Source of the DNA: the human T2T-CHM13v2.0 reference genome, Homo sapiens
DNA: 64,000 nucleotides
Reading direction: 5' to 3' (one strand)
Assembly (NCBI RefSeq): GCF_009914755.1
Contig: NC_060928.1
Each line of letters starts with the position of its first letter. Within the stretch, counting starts at the first letter, position 1. Below the pieces are notes generated by a model. It ran no database searches. It was given only the letters and a program-made list of their open reading frames with translations, and was not told the DNA's origin. The position numbers and the translations under genes are program-made. This document shows, piece by piece, positions 14,580-27,992 of the stretch.

Positions 14580-16845
14580 CTAAGAAATGACAAAAGAAAA
14601 TGACTCCGATAACTATCACCAAGAATTAAAACGTAATATTCTTGAGGGAAGGTATGGTGTCAAGGTGTGTTACCTTTTTAAAGGGGCTTTTCATAGACTG
14701 TATGTATATACAGTAAATCCACACTTTTGGGTTAAGTTTCTCTATTTTAAAATTCTATTGATTTTTTAAAAGACATACATAAAACAACAATATTAGCAGC
14801 TTTGTTCTTCCTGAAATAATCTCTAGCCAAAAAATGTTTCTGTGTTAGTGCAGTGTGTCTTCTTTGGTGTATGAGAAAACCTCCCCATCCGGTAAAGAGA
14901 ATGATCACTGTTGAAGAGCATCAAGCTGCAAACAGCCTGTCTAGTCTGTGAGGAGCCTGGAACTTCACTTCCACCCCAAGTGAAGTAATTAGGTCAGGCC
15001 TAAAGGTCCACACACTCAGAATAATCGGTGTGAGTGTGTAGTTCAAATACTTGGAGGTAGAGACTCAACTGGCCTATTCTTTCCTATATTCCCAGGTTTC
15101 ACTGAGAATGGCCAAAATCTTCTTCAGATCCTTCTGAGAGTCCTGACCCAAAAAGGAATCAAGAAGTTTTATGCCAGGTGACACTCTGGTTAGCTTGCCA
15201 CTGCAAGCTGCTATCTCCAATTTGCTCATTCTCATTGTCTGTTGTGTAAAGGAATATGATCCATAACTAACTCAACTAAATGAGTATTTGATATACTCAT
15301 TCTTAATGAACATACAGCAGTCCATTCTGAAGAAGAAATTAATTACCTAGAAACATAAGGATTTGATGTTTTAGAACATGATACATGAACATTTCTTTTC
15401 CTGATTAGCCTTTATTCTCAAAACAGGTTCTCCAACTGACTTAAATTGTTTTCCCCTTAAAATCACGGAAGATGAGAAACTAAGATCTAAAATATCCTAT
15501 AAAATATCAGACAGAGGGAAAAGTTTGTATGTATATAGGTTCCTCGGATCGGAATTAGACCCAGACTATGGATTAATAATTTTAAAAAGATGAAATCTGA
15601 AACATGCTTTAAAACCTTCCCCTTCTAAATATGACTTTACTTTCCTATAAACAAGAATATATAATTTTAAAAATTTTACTACCCGTCTACTCTTCAAACT
15701 CAAATAATCAATATGCATCATTTACAACAATGCCCTTTTCAAGCAACATTTTTTTTAAGTGATTTCCAACTAAAGTGGAAAACAAGTGTCCTTTGGGTGA
15801 GACATGTAGAATGAGATACTGAACCAAATTTTAGATAAAAAGATAACTAAGTCAAGCCACATTAACCTTCTTTAACTTCAGGTACAGAGCAAGGAAATAA
15901 AGAGAGTTGCCAGTGAACTGAGGAATGATATACAGCAAATGGAGACTGAAAATATTACTTGACATAGCAAAGTATTAAAATGATGTACAATATTACAATT
16001 TGGAGGAACTGATGGGTAAACAAACAAGAACACTGCACTATTTTTGAAACTGAAAGGAAGGTCGTAGATTTTGTACCATAAAAATTCTTTTATGTGAGGT
16101 ATTTTCAACTCAAAATTGCTAATATTTAAAAAGATAAAAGCATAGTTAGTGATGGGCAAGACAATGAATTAATAGATGAGGGACAGCATCTACTTGATTA
16201 CTGACTTCATGTACAGATTTAAAATTGACCTAAAAGAATTTTTTTCTAAATATTTTGATGTACATTTCTGTGTTCTAAAAAACTACATTTTTTATTAAAT
16301 TATGTACTTTCATCTTTCTGGAATACAAAAACGATAATTAACTTTTCTACTAATTAAAATAAATTTGTATTTTAAAAAGTGATCACACACTCTTTGTTTC
16401 CATTCGTTCTGATTGAAAAAAATAATTTTAAAAGAGGAGACACTGTTGCATTCTCAAAATATACACTTTAGTATTTAGAAGAATTAAATGAGTCACTGAA
16501 AAGTTGAAGATGCCAGGCTGCCCATTACTAACATGCCTCATAATTTGTTAGTTTATGTGTGAAGCAAAAGATGTTTTTATAGTGAGAGCAGTGAAAACTC
16601 AGTCTGTTAGTGAGTGGCATATAAATCCTAAAAAGAGATAATTAGAAAAAGCTGAGCAACAGTAGAACAACATCTCTCAGCCTGAATGAAACCAACGGTT
16701 CAACTCTAAGGAACTTATAGGAAGAACAAATTGAAAGCCAATCTTTTAAGTTAGTCTAGTCTACCATGCACTTAAAAAAAAAACCAGAAAACAAAAAACA
16801 AAACTACAAGTAGTTTACATTCTTTTACTGTAATTTGTGTTTTAC

Positions 16846-16896
16846 CTTTTGAGGAATATCATCGGGTGTCTCAGGCTGTTTACTTGGGATCTCAGA
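16846..16896 (-). CDS. WDFY3: WDFY3 exon w16 (51 nt, likely cassette): SEIPSKQPETPDDIPQK
   Basis: gttttcag|TCT acceptor; AAG|gtaaaa donor; phase 0-0; matches the recalled peptide between ETNVA and KPARY. Confidence 0.9.
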
Positions 16897-18231
16897 CTGA
16901 AAACAGGGTATTAAGTATAGACATATCAGAAAAAAAAACATAAAGAGGAACACAAAAATAAAATTTTTCTTGAGGATTGTATGAAATATGAAAGATGTAG
17001 TTACTCAAACAAAATTAACATGATAGCCTAAGCAGCTTAAATAATCACTAAGCATCTTGTGGTTACTGTCTCACAGATCAAAAGCAGTTTTAAGTAAAGC
17101 TTAAATACGGCAAACGTCTCAGTGCTACTGAACAGGACAAACTCTTACAAATCACACAGGCAAAACTTCAGCACAGGCTGCCATTGACTTGGATGATTTA
17201 CAGGCAACTCTTTACATTGTTTAAAAAAAAAAACAAAAAACAAAAAACCTGAAATCAGGATAATAGAACCTAATGCTAGCTAGTATCTTCCATCTTCCTT
17301 TCCCTGGGGTTATCCCTAAATCTGTGTTGTAACAGGGGCAAACGGCTGATTTAAGCTATCATTTACAATACTCCATACCACAGACATCATTCTCTTTAAG
17401 AATCCTCCCTTAAAAGCATAAGGATCTACTTCCTTCACTACCTTTACCATCCCAGAAAGGGTGAAAGCAGAGGGTAGACTGGATCATCAGCCCCCAGATC
17501 AGAAGCTTTTCTAGAGTACTTTTAAAAGAATTAGGTAATGGCTTTATATTTTATTTTCAGAATAAAATCCTGGTTAATAAGAAGGCAATTCTGTTGAGCT
17601 GTAGCATGTGGCTTCATGTAAGCACACAGGTAGCTACAGACAATAATGCAACCAAAAACCACTTCCGAATTTCCTTCCTGTTCATGGTTTATATCTGGTG
17701 ATGACTTCTGGTACCTTTCCCTATAGTAAACATGAGCAGGCAAAATGTTTTCACAAATGTTTGCTTACCAAGGCAAAACCATGGCCCACTAGGCATACTT
17801 ACAAATACTTCACATGGTTTTAGTGATTCTTTCTTTTTAAAAGCAAACTTGTAAAGGTATATCTTATATTGAAAAATAATATTTAACATCTAATCAATGT
17901 TCTTTATCTTGGTAGGGATTTAGAAGATAAAAGTATAATGTATATATTTGTTAAAACTCACTGACTAGACCATAATAAAATAAAAGTATTTTAATGGCAA
18001 AAACAGATCAGGAAATCCAACATTAAAAAAAGAAAGAAAAAAAAATCACTGAACAGTACACTTAAGATTTGTATATTTCAATGTATATAAAATTTCCTTC
18101 AGGAAAAAAAGAATTGTAAACAAATACTGAACTCATAATATGCATATGAAAGTGAAGAAAACGGATTCTTCAACCTGCTCTGAAATTCATAAAACAAAAC
18201 AAAACAAAACAAACAAACAAAAACAAGATAG

Positions 18232-18533
18232 GACCAGGAGCGGTGGCTCACACCTATAATCCCAGCACTTTGGGAGGCCGAGGTGGGTGGATTGCTTGAG
18301 CTCAGGAGTTCAAGACCAGCCTGGGCAACATAGCAAACCCCCCATCTCTACCAAAAAATCCAAAAACAGCCTGGCATAGTGGTGCATGACTGTAATTCCA
18401 GCTGCTTGGAAGGCTGAAGCGAGAGGATTACTTGAGCCCAGGAGGTCCAGGCTGCAGTGAGCCAAGATCACCACTGCACTCCAGCCTGGGCAACAGAGCG
18501 ATAACTTGTCTTAAAACAAATGAATAAAAAAAT
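18232..18533 (+). mobile_element. Alu (AluJ), preceded by an (AAAAC)n repeat
   Basis: TTGCTTGAGCTCAGGAG and GAGCCCAGGAGG are AluJ features. Confidence 0.9.
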
Positions 18534-20044
18534 AAGATAGACTGTTGGATAGATATGCAACAAATAAGTACAACAAAACAGACCAATTACTAATGTCACA
18601 CCTAACTGTGACATTCACTATATATACTCCCAGCCAGGATGTAGGCAGGGTCTACTAAGTATACCCTTATATTTTTCCTGGTACCATATGATACAGTGTT
18701 GATTTAATACATATTTGCTCACTGATTGATTAACCGGTTCTTATTTTACTAAAAGGCCCAGCACTCAATAGTAAATATGTTATACCAATAATTTTAGCAT
18801 TATTTTGGCTTCCTTTTATTTAAAAAAGCATTAAATTATTACTATAATTCTTTACCTAGAAACCTGCATTTTTCAAAGTCAGAATTTCTAGCAAATAATG
18901 TTATAGTCCTTTTACTTCAAATTTTTCTATAATGCTGGCAATGAAATTTCCTAAATGAGCTGCTTAGTTTCTGTGAGTCTTGTGACATTTATACATTATA
19001 TAAAAATATATACTGAGGCAGCCACAAGAAACTCTCCTAGTTAGAAAAGGAACCTAAAAGTTGACTAGCTTCCTGCCCAAGTAACCCCAAATTAATAGGC
19101 AGACAAACTCTTCACTGTAATGAACTTTGCAAATAATAGTAAATGTGTTTGAGATTATTATTCTTTAAAAATAAGGGAATTATAGAATTAAAGCCTAGTT
19201 AATATTTAAATATAATTTTTTTTTAAATGGCAAAATATACATTATTTTCCTCCCTTAGGATTCAGAGGAACAACCAGATTTTGAATTTTCAGCATATCCC
19301 AGGCTTACATCTTACACTATCTATAATATTTGTTTAAAATACAGAATTATAGTATAATTCATTTGTTTTAATTATGAAAATTACTCCCCAAGGAAGGTTA
19401 CTGTGTGAAGAGTACAAATCATTTTTATATGAGAATACAGAATTTTCCATATGTACTTAATTTTTCTCGATATTAATAATTATTACTATTTTTATTACAA
19501 TAATTATAGTTGATAAACTATTAACGCTTTAAAGTCTGAATATGTTCCATATTCTATACACAAACATCCAATTTAAAATCAATAAATAAAATTCAAAACT
19601 TAGACTAGGTAAGCTATTTGTTATACAGCATGTAACATTATCAAAGTTTAAGAAATAAAACTTTAATGAGTAAAAAAAAAAATCACCTGATTTATTTCTA
19701 ACAAATCAAAGACTTTAAAACAAGAAATTAACTTTTGAATCACCACTGTATTCTTCAGCTTAAGGGACAGGACAAAAAAAGGAAATGTTACTGAGAAATA
19801 ATAATTATTTTAATCAATAAGGCAAAAGATCAAATCATTTGCCCTTGCACCAGGTAAAGTCTCTTTTAAATATCAAGAGGCTTCAAAAGCAACTTTAGGT
19901 TGGCACAAACCTATTCTATCACAAAAAGTACTGACTATATTAAACATGCATGCAAGGAGGGCAATAAATTCATGGAAGTTTAAAGGAAAGAACTGATTGA
20001 TCTCTAACTCTGGGAGGCAATATTTTTTAATATAGATCAGGGCA

Positions 20045-20228
20045 GAGGTGGATTTACTATGAAGTTAAGGTAGTTTAAACTTTAGTGGCCTTCACTTCCA
20101 TTGAGTCCCTTTCAAAACCCTGGAAACAAAGCCCTACTAATTTTATATTCATAATTTTTACTCTTTTTCTTAGAGAGCCCTCTCCTTAAACTGCATAAAC
20201 TACAGGGCCCATAAAATTGAATTCGAGG
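20045..20228. mobile_element. MER53-like hAT MITE
   Basis: AGAGGTGGATTTACT..GAAG start and GGGCCCCA..AAAT end resemble the recalled MER53 consensus. Confidence 0.55.
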
Positions 20229-20667
20229 CCATTTTAGTGGAAAAGTTTTAGATTTAGGAAAATTCTATAGAATGCTAAAGAGAAAGCAAAGGAAAAAAGT
20301 CTATAACTTAGGGAAGACAAGAGTGCTGGCAGTTCATTCACTCAATATTCACTAAGTATTAGGCACTTTGTTAGCACTAGAGAGATAAAACCTAATATGG
20401 AATACATTCACTATCAATGGATAATGTCATAAAATGGGCAAACATTAGAATCTTTTCTTTTTCAAAGTGATTCAACTAGGGGACTGTTGAAATATACTCC
20501 TACCTTACTACACTATTTAGCAGCTGCAGCCTAGAAGGGGTTCCTTAACTACTCTAGGTTTCAGTTTCTCATCTGTAAAACTGGGATAACAATATTAACT
20601 GTACTTCAGAGGGCTGTTATAAGACTGAAACAAAATGCATTCAAACTGCTCTATAGAGCATCTAGCT

Positions 20668-21184
<517 letters not shown>

Positions 21185-22234
21185 ATCTAGCTCATTGTGC
21201 TTTGTAAATATTAGCTCCTCTTTTTTGATTTGATGGTAGAATTCAGTGGGATAATAGATACTACCACTTTTTGAAAATTTGTTTTTAACTCTGCCGGAAT
21301 GCACATTCCAAAAGATACAAGTTGACATTTAATGGCATTTCAAATTTACAAAAGATGTGAACTACTAAAACCAAAATAAAAATTACTTCAGAAAATTTCA
21401 TCATAGCAGATTAATCCTGACCTTGATTTGTGCATGAACTATGCAGTATGAATTCTACATTCTGTACCTGTCTCTCCTTCCTGACTGCTTTTTCCTTTTA
21501 GGTGAAAGCATCTCCAACATTTCTCAACTGTCTAGTATTTTCCAATATGTAACCCACCTGTTAAAAAAATAAATTCCATCTGGTGCATACTTATTTATGA
21601 GCGTGTCTGTTTCGATTTCACAGGTTGGTGAATTCCTTTGCCTAGGTAAAATGCTGATGATACTACGGTTGTAGATGTGAACTCTTAATAGGGTACTTTG
21701 TTTTTATCTGATATAGAAGTTTAAATACACTTTTGTAAACAAATGACATTATTATAAGGAAGGAAAGGAGTATAGATAAAACATATTATGGTTATTGTAA
21801 AAATAATTCAAAAGTAAATGCCTCAGTTAAATCTAAACAGTGAGCTGGTCATATATTTGGGAGAGCATATTTATATTTTAGTATTCTTGAATGGATTCAA
21901 TTTAAGAAGTGACTCAATAAGAAATATTTTATCAAATTGCTAATGGCTTAAATTCTTAATAGATTGTTAGGGAAAAAAGATTAAGAACTGAAAGATCATA
22001 TTGTTGCTTTGCTCTTATAAAAGTAAGTGCTAGTAACAGGCTGCAAAAATATGGGTGGATTACCTTTTTTACACAGTGCTCCAGAATTAGAAATTATAGT
22101 GCTTTAAGGCACAGCTGCATCAAGTATGGCATTCTTGGCAGAATTGAATAGCTTTGAGAAAAGTAGACTTTAGAGAGCTATCTTCCAAAATCTTAATAAC
22201 TATCAGCAGGAGCTAAGACCTACGCATATTATTA

Positions 22235-22785
22235 TTTTAAAAATGTTACTGTTAATTGACAAATTGTAATTGTTTATGGTGTACAAAGTAATGCTATATG
22301 TATATGGTTTGAATGATTAAATCAAGCTAATTAACATATTCATCGCCTCAAATACCTAACAATTTTTGTGCCAAGAACGTTTGAAAAGTACTCTTAGCAA
22401 TTTTGAAATGTACAATAGATTATTATCAATTATAGTCACTATGGAATGTAATAGATCTCAAAAAATGATTTCCTCCTGTTTATCTGACTGTACCCTTTGA
22501 CCAACATCTCCCTATTCCCCTCACTTCTTGGCCTCTGGAAACCTTCATTCTACTCTGTTTCTGAGTTTGATTGTTTTAGATGCCCCATATAAGTGAGATG
22601 GATCATGTAGTATTTGTCCTTCGTACCTTGTTTATTTCATGTAACATAATGTCCTCCAGGTTCTTATACGTTGTTACAAATGACAGGCTTTCCTTATTTT
22701 TTTAAGGCTGAATACTATTCCATTATGTATACACAGCATATTTTCTTTATCTATTACTCTGCTGATAGACACTTAAGTTGATGCT
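22235..22785 (-). mobile_element. L1MA/L1MB 3'-end fragment
   Basis: AATCAAGCTAATTAACATAT..CCCTTTGACCAACATCTCCC..TTTAAGGCTGAATA.TATTCCATT. Confidence 0.8.
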
Positions 22786-23365
22786 AAGCTCTATATTAGC
22801 ATCAGGACTGGGGTTAAACCAATCAGTACAAGATAAATGGAGCCAGGGTGTTTGTCAGAGAAAAACAAGAGGCATTGGAACAATTCAAGCTGCCTCACCT
22901 TATATGATCAGAGCTACTTAGAAGATTCATGTGTTCTAATATACAGTGCTTATTCTGGACCAGACACTATTCTAAGTACTTAACTAATTTTAATGAACTA
23001 AATCCTCCTAACAGTCCTACGAGGTGGAACTATTATTTGCTCCAATTCAGGCATAATAAAATGAAAACTCAGAGAGGTTTAATGACCCATAACCCAGCTA
23101 TAATAGCAAAGTGGCAGAGTCAGGTCTTAAATTTGGGCAGTCTGGCTCTGGAGTCTGTAATCTAAACCTCTTTATTATGATGTCTCCTTCTTGCACTGTT
23201 GCATCTTTTCACTCCACCTCCACTCTGAAGTTATCAATTTAATAGCGTATGTTGAATTTTTAAAATTAGCTATTTGAGGTAATTGACTAAATAGAGAAAA
23301 AACGCTTACAGAGGAAAATAAAAACTTGAAAGAGCCATTGTGATCATTGAATTCTGCATACTCAC

Positions 23366-23593
23366 CGCCACATTTGTCTCTTGCTCAGTTTCTGGCACGT
23401 AAGGGTAATGGTTATAAAACATATCATTTCGCACCATCTTTTTCCTCATCCTGCAGGGCCCTTCTGTCATCTCCAGCATCCACTTGTCGAGGTGGGAGCC
23501 GATGGGAGGGCCCCACAGCCCCCGCTCCCTCAACAGCTCGCACTCGATCTGACACCACTCTTCTGTCACGTACTTCAGGGCATTCTGCTGACG
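23366..23593 (-). CDS. WDFY3: WDFY3 exon w15 (228 nt): RQQNALKYVTEEW...WMLEMTEGPCRMRKKM...ETNVA
   Basis: Overlaps ORF 23306..23569; gtcag|CGT acceptor; GCG|gtgagt donor; contains the W-x-L-E/D...E-G-P-x-R-M-R-K-K-type motif found upstream of PH-BEACH in BEACH proteins. Confidence 0.96.
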
Positions 23594-25026
23594 CTGACAG
23601 GAAAGAGTCCAGGTCGGTTTTCAAGCAAAAGCAGGAGTAACAGTAACAAGTCTACAAGTCACTGAAAATCAAGTTATTATTTGGAAACAAACACAATCCA
23701 CACCATTTCAGTTAACATTATAAAAGTAAAATTACATTTGTTTATGGTTAAAGTAAGAGGTTTTGTTGTAGAAGGTGGACTTCTTAAAGCATCAAGTAAA
23801 TGACAGACATGGATAGGGTAGAGTGTGCAATATAGTGAAACAGAGAGTTGAAAGAAGTTTGTTTCTCTGGCACAGGAAAGATGGTAATATTACTATGAAT
23901 TATATTGAAATGGTTAGCCCTATGTGCGTTAATAAATATATATGGTAATTTAAGGATACACCAAACTGTAAAATAGCTACCACAACATGTACGGGGGATA
24001 TTCTAGGAAGTCAGATGAAGAAAAAGTGCCAACAGGCTTGATTACTGGTGAACTAGGTAAACATTTCCAAAGATTTTAGATGAAGAATATAAACATGCAG
24101 CACTAAGAGGAAACTTGATGTTCATACAAAAATCAAAGAGAAACCATTTTCTTCTGGCCACTGGGATAGATCCAAACCATTTTTTAAATGGAAATTATGA
24201 CACAGTACAAGTTCTTATCTATCAAATGACAAATATATAACATTTCAACAGTAGACAGTGACAAATAACTTGCCCAATGATTCATGGAATATAAGTATAT
24301 ACAATTTAAATCTAAAAATAAAGATTTCTAAAATATAACTGACAGTAAAGATTACTGAGTGAACAATTAAAAAATTATCTATCACAGTAGTACTGATATG
24401 TTCTTTGGTTGGGGAAACTAAGGATCTAGTGTTATATCCGTAAAATATTAGCAGTTAACCATTCAGAAACCTTTAATAGATCCAAAATAGCTAATCTGAG
24501 AATAAAATATTTAAGATAAGCTTTTGAGTAATTATGAATTTACCAAGAGAATTTCAATAAATTTATTTTTCACTGACATAATCACCAAGCACTTGTAGTA
24601 TAGTAAAAAATAATTTCATTCAATCTTGTAATTTTTTACAATTTTAAGAGACTTCTCAGAGACTTGGATGCGTATTTTCACAATCTCCTTGTTAAAAGCC
24701 TGAAAAAGAAGGCTCATTCTTACATTTTTATTTTTATTAGGAACAAAGACATGTAACATATCAGTAGTGAATGTCAACAGAATTCAGCTGGGCTCATTTT
24801 CAGTTAGTTGCTTTTTGAAATGCAGTTTGTTGACAGAAGATTAAAATTTTCCATCCTAAAATCAGTAGCCAAAGTAGCTGATGGCAGGAATAATTAAAAC
24901 CATCATCTGATGACGAATGCAGTCCAGCAAGTACCTTAAAATGGGCAGAAAGATACCAGGACAAACAGAGACCTTTCACATACAAAAAATGTAAAACAAA
25001 CCATTATGATGATTATAAGTCCTTAC

Positions 25027-25104
25027 CTCCTGATATTCTTTATATTGTGTATCTACTAAGTCACGAACAACAGCAATGTGAGTAAACATCCACTGCGAAA
25101 TCTC
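25027..25104 (-). CDS. WDFY3: WDFY3 exon w14 (78 nt): EISQWMFTHIAVVRDLVDTQYKEYQE
   Basis: gttag|GAG acceptor; GAG|gtaagg donor; phase 0-0. Confidence 0.95.
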
Positions 25105-25269
25105 CTAACAATGGATGGAAAAAGAGTCTTAATATTTCATGGATTTCTGGAAAAAAATAGTTAATTACCCTTGAAATTAATGCTAAATAATTGGTTAAAA
25201 TTCTGCCAAAAGCACCAAAACAGAAAACTAAAACAAAAAATTCAGAATGAATTATATGCTTGTGTGATG

Positions 25270-25655
25270 GACACAGATCTGCATGCTCTCCCACCCCCAA
25301 AGCCCCTTCAAGGAAGGGCTTGCTGCCCACGTGTCTGGGCTGCTCTCAACACCCTCAGGGATGGCCTTAGCTGCAGAGGGCCGACGGGGTGCCCCACATC
25401 CAACGATCTAGGGGTAAGAAGACTCACACATTTCAGCTTAATGGAGGTCAATTATAAGAGGGTATTCTGTCCTCAAAGCTCCACTTAGCTTGGCTGAGGC
25501 TGTCACTAGACCAGCACTGCAGCCTGACTTTTCCCTATGTCCAATCCTGCTTTCTTCTCCCTTCCACAGGTATTGATCCCAAGGGCACCCCCTAATATAC
25601 ATTATGCACACTAAACTCCATCTCAGAGTTTGCTTCCTAGAAAACCTAACCTGAT
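25270..25655 (+). mobile_element. Ancient ERVL LTR (LTR16-like)
   Basis: 3' end GCACACTAAACTCCATCTCAGAGTTTGCTTCCTAGAAAACCTAACCTG. Confidence 0.6.
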
Positions 25656-26153
25656 GCATGAGATGGCTGACACATACTATTTCTCTCAGATCCTTTTCAT
25701 AGCTGCCACTTAGATTCTGGGATGGTGAAGGAAGTAGGATGAGGAAGAAGTTAATGCTGGAGGCAGATGAGCTTTTAAAAAACCATAGGTATACACAACA
25801 AGATTGTAAAAATTAAAAAAGGCTTGTTTGGCTATTGCCTTAAAATTTATATAATTATTAGTAATAACATTATTGAAAGCTGGGAAAATTGAGAGAAAAT
25901 TATCTATAGTCTGATCATACATTAATCTCTAAATCTCATCTTATATCCAGTTATAAAATGGGTATAAGTAAATAGCACTCATATATAGTTTTATCATAAG
26001 AAAATGAGAGAAATTCCCATAGTCTGGATTACTTCTATCTCTATTCTAAAGCAAAAATACAGAAAAGTTTCATTTCCAATCAATTGCTTGTACATGTTAA
26101 GTATATTATACAAAATACTACAACTAATATCAGCAATGAAACTAAAAAAGTAC

Positions 26154-26311
26154 CTGGGTGGAAAGACTGTGTTTATTAAGACCACTTTCTTTTCGATTCC
26201 TTCTTGATCCTGTTAACTTGGAAAGACCAAAGCCACTGCTGACACGGGATAATTTGGACTGTGTGGTGGGCGCTAAAGCTTCTCCTCGACTTATGCATTT
26301 CTTTTCATGGG
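26154..26311 (-). CDS. WDFY3: WDFY3 exon w13 (158 nt): HEKKCISRGEALAP...NKHSLSTQ
   Basis: aatag|CC acceptor; CAG|gtactt donor; phase 1 to 0. Confidence 0.95.
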
Positions 26312-27167
26312 CTATTAAAAAATCAAATTAGATTATTTTATAATTTCTCCATGTATTTATGAGTCTTACTTTAAAAACTTATCTGGTTATAAACTACAAC
26401 CCTGTAGTTAACAAAAGTAGCACATATTACAGATGCAGATATTACATTCAGATATCACAAATTTATTTATTGGTAATCTTAAGGATGACTGCTCGCAAAT
26501 TGTATTAGCTGAACTGATAGTTGGTTGAAAGTTCACAGCTCTGTAATAACATGCAAATTTAACTATAACGAGTTTCTATATTAATAATTCATAATCACCT
26601 AATTAAAACCTTTGGTGTTGGGTATACTTCGCAACTTAGAAACTATTTGGATTTTTAAAAGGCTATACAGCTTATACACTAGATTATATAATGCCACCAG
26701 AGAATCTATGGTAATAAGCTATAATTTAATACGTCAATATTACTGCAACAAAATGTATGAATATTCCCATACCAAGTAGGACAAAGAAAGATAAATTAGG
26801 TTCTGTTATAAAGTCAGTTTTGGCACCAAATTAATGAAAAAACAGAGCTTTTTGAATTTCAAAATTATAGTTAAGGGATTGTGGACCTGTAGCCAAGACA
26901 GTGACAATACTAGAGCTGTTAGCAATGCATTACATTCTGAATGCATAAACGCCTGATGTATAACATACCTCAGATGCTAAAAAAAAAAAAAAAAAAATCA
27001 AAGAGAACTAAGATCTCAGTATAATCATTCTAGAATGGTTGTTATATTGATTTTAAGGATGACTTTATAGAATCCTTTTGTGAATGCTGTAGTCACATAT
27101 TTAAAGTATACCCATATATGATAGCCACATGTAAATCTCCTGGTGGTATGATCTCTGTAGGCCTTAC

Positions 27168-27350
27168 CCAAATGATTCTGCCAGCACTTCAGGGCAGCTT
27201 CTTCAATGAGTGGCCTTGCTGTAGCTATGTCCACGTGGCCCCTTTCATTCACAGGTAGAGTTACTTTGAAAAGTTCCTCTAAGACTTGTTTCTTACTATG
27301 TATCAGTTCAGTCCAAACTCTGTTGACAGCTTTTATGAGAAGCTGACGCC
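27168..27350 (-). CDS. WDFY3: WDFY3 exon w12 (183 nt): RQLLIKAVNRVW...KCWQNHL
   Basis: Within ORF 27025..27369; actag|GG acceptor; G|gtaagg donor. Confidence 0.96.
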
Positions 27351-27355
27351 CTAGT

Positions 27356-27380
27356 AAACAAACAAACAAACAAACAAAAA
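27356..27380. repeat. (AAAC)n microsatellite forming the (TTTG)n acceptor tract of exon w12
   Basis: Directly visible next to the acceptor AG at 27351-27352. Confidence 0.9.
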
Positions 27381-27819
27381 AGTAAGCAAATGATCAAAAC
27401 ACAGTATAAAGTTAGTTTTTATTTTTCTTCATGTTTACATGTGGGAATTTCGACTACAGTATTTAATGTAAAAAAAACAAAGCTCATGTTGTATCTAGCC
27501 CAGTGAAAAGGTTATTTAGACAACTGAAACTGTGGTTGCCTATTTAGAAAACATTAAAAAAACTTTATATTCATACAAAAGAACATTTTTATTTATAAAA
27601 TTGGAAATTATATATATGTAATTAACTAACTTTTTCTAGATTAAAAACTTATCCCCCATTTAAAAGTAATTTTTAAATCTGAATGTTTAAGGTGAGTTCA
27701 AAACTAAGTTAGTATTCTTGAATATTTTGCACAAGAAAAGAAATATTTTGAAAAGACTTTTACTATGAAATTCATTCTTGCTTTGGATTCCTTGTTTGTA
27801 TGCCTGACTCCTCCTCCAG

Positions 27820-27992
27820 ACCAGTCGGCCCTCAGCAATCACCTGAGGGCCTGTGATAACAAGCTGCTAGTCCCTCACCTCAGGGTTTCTGATTCAGTAG
27901 GTCAGAGTAGGGCAACAGAATCTGCTTTTCTACCAAGTTCCCAAATGATATTGATGTTGCTATTCTGAGGACCTTGCTATGAGAACCAACGC
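27820..27992. mobile_element. MER5A-like hAT fragment
   Basis: AATCACCTG..TTTCTGATTCAGTAGGTC..ACCAAGTTCCCA..TGAGAACCA. Confidence 0.65.

Noticed and set aside
23347-23665. Overlapping antisense and alternative-frame ORFs over exon w15 (similar ones at 6872, 45236, 55919, 62781)
   Set aside because: Shadow ORFs of coding exons, with no independent promoter or splice evidence
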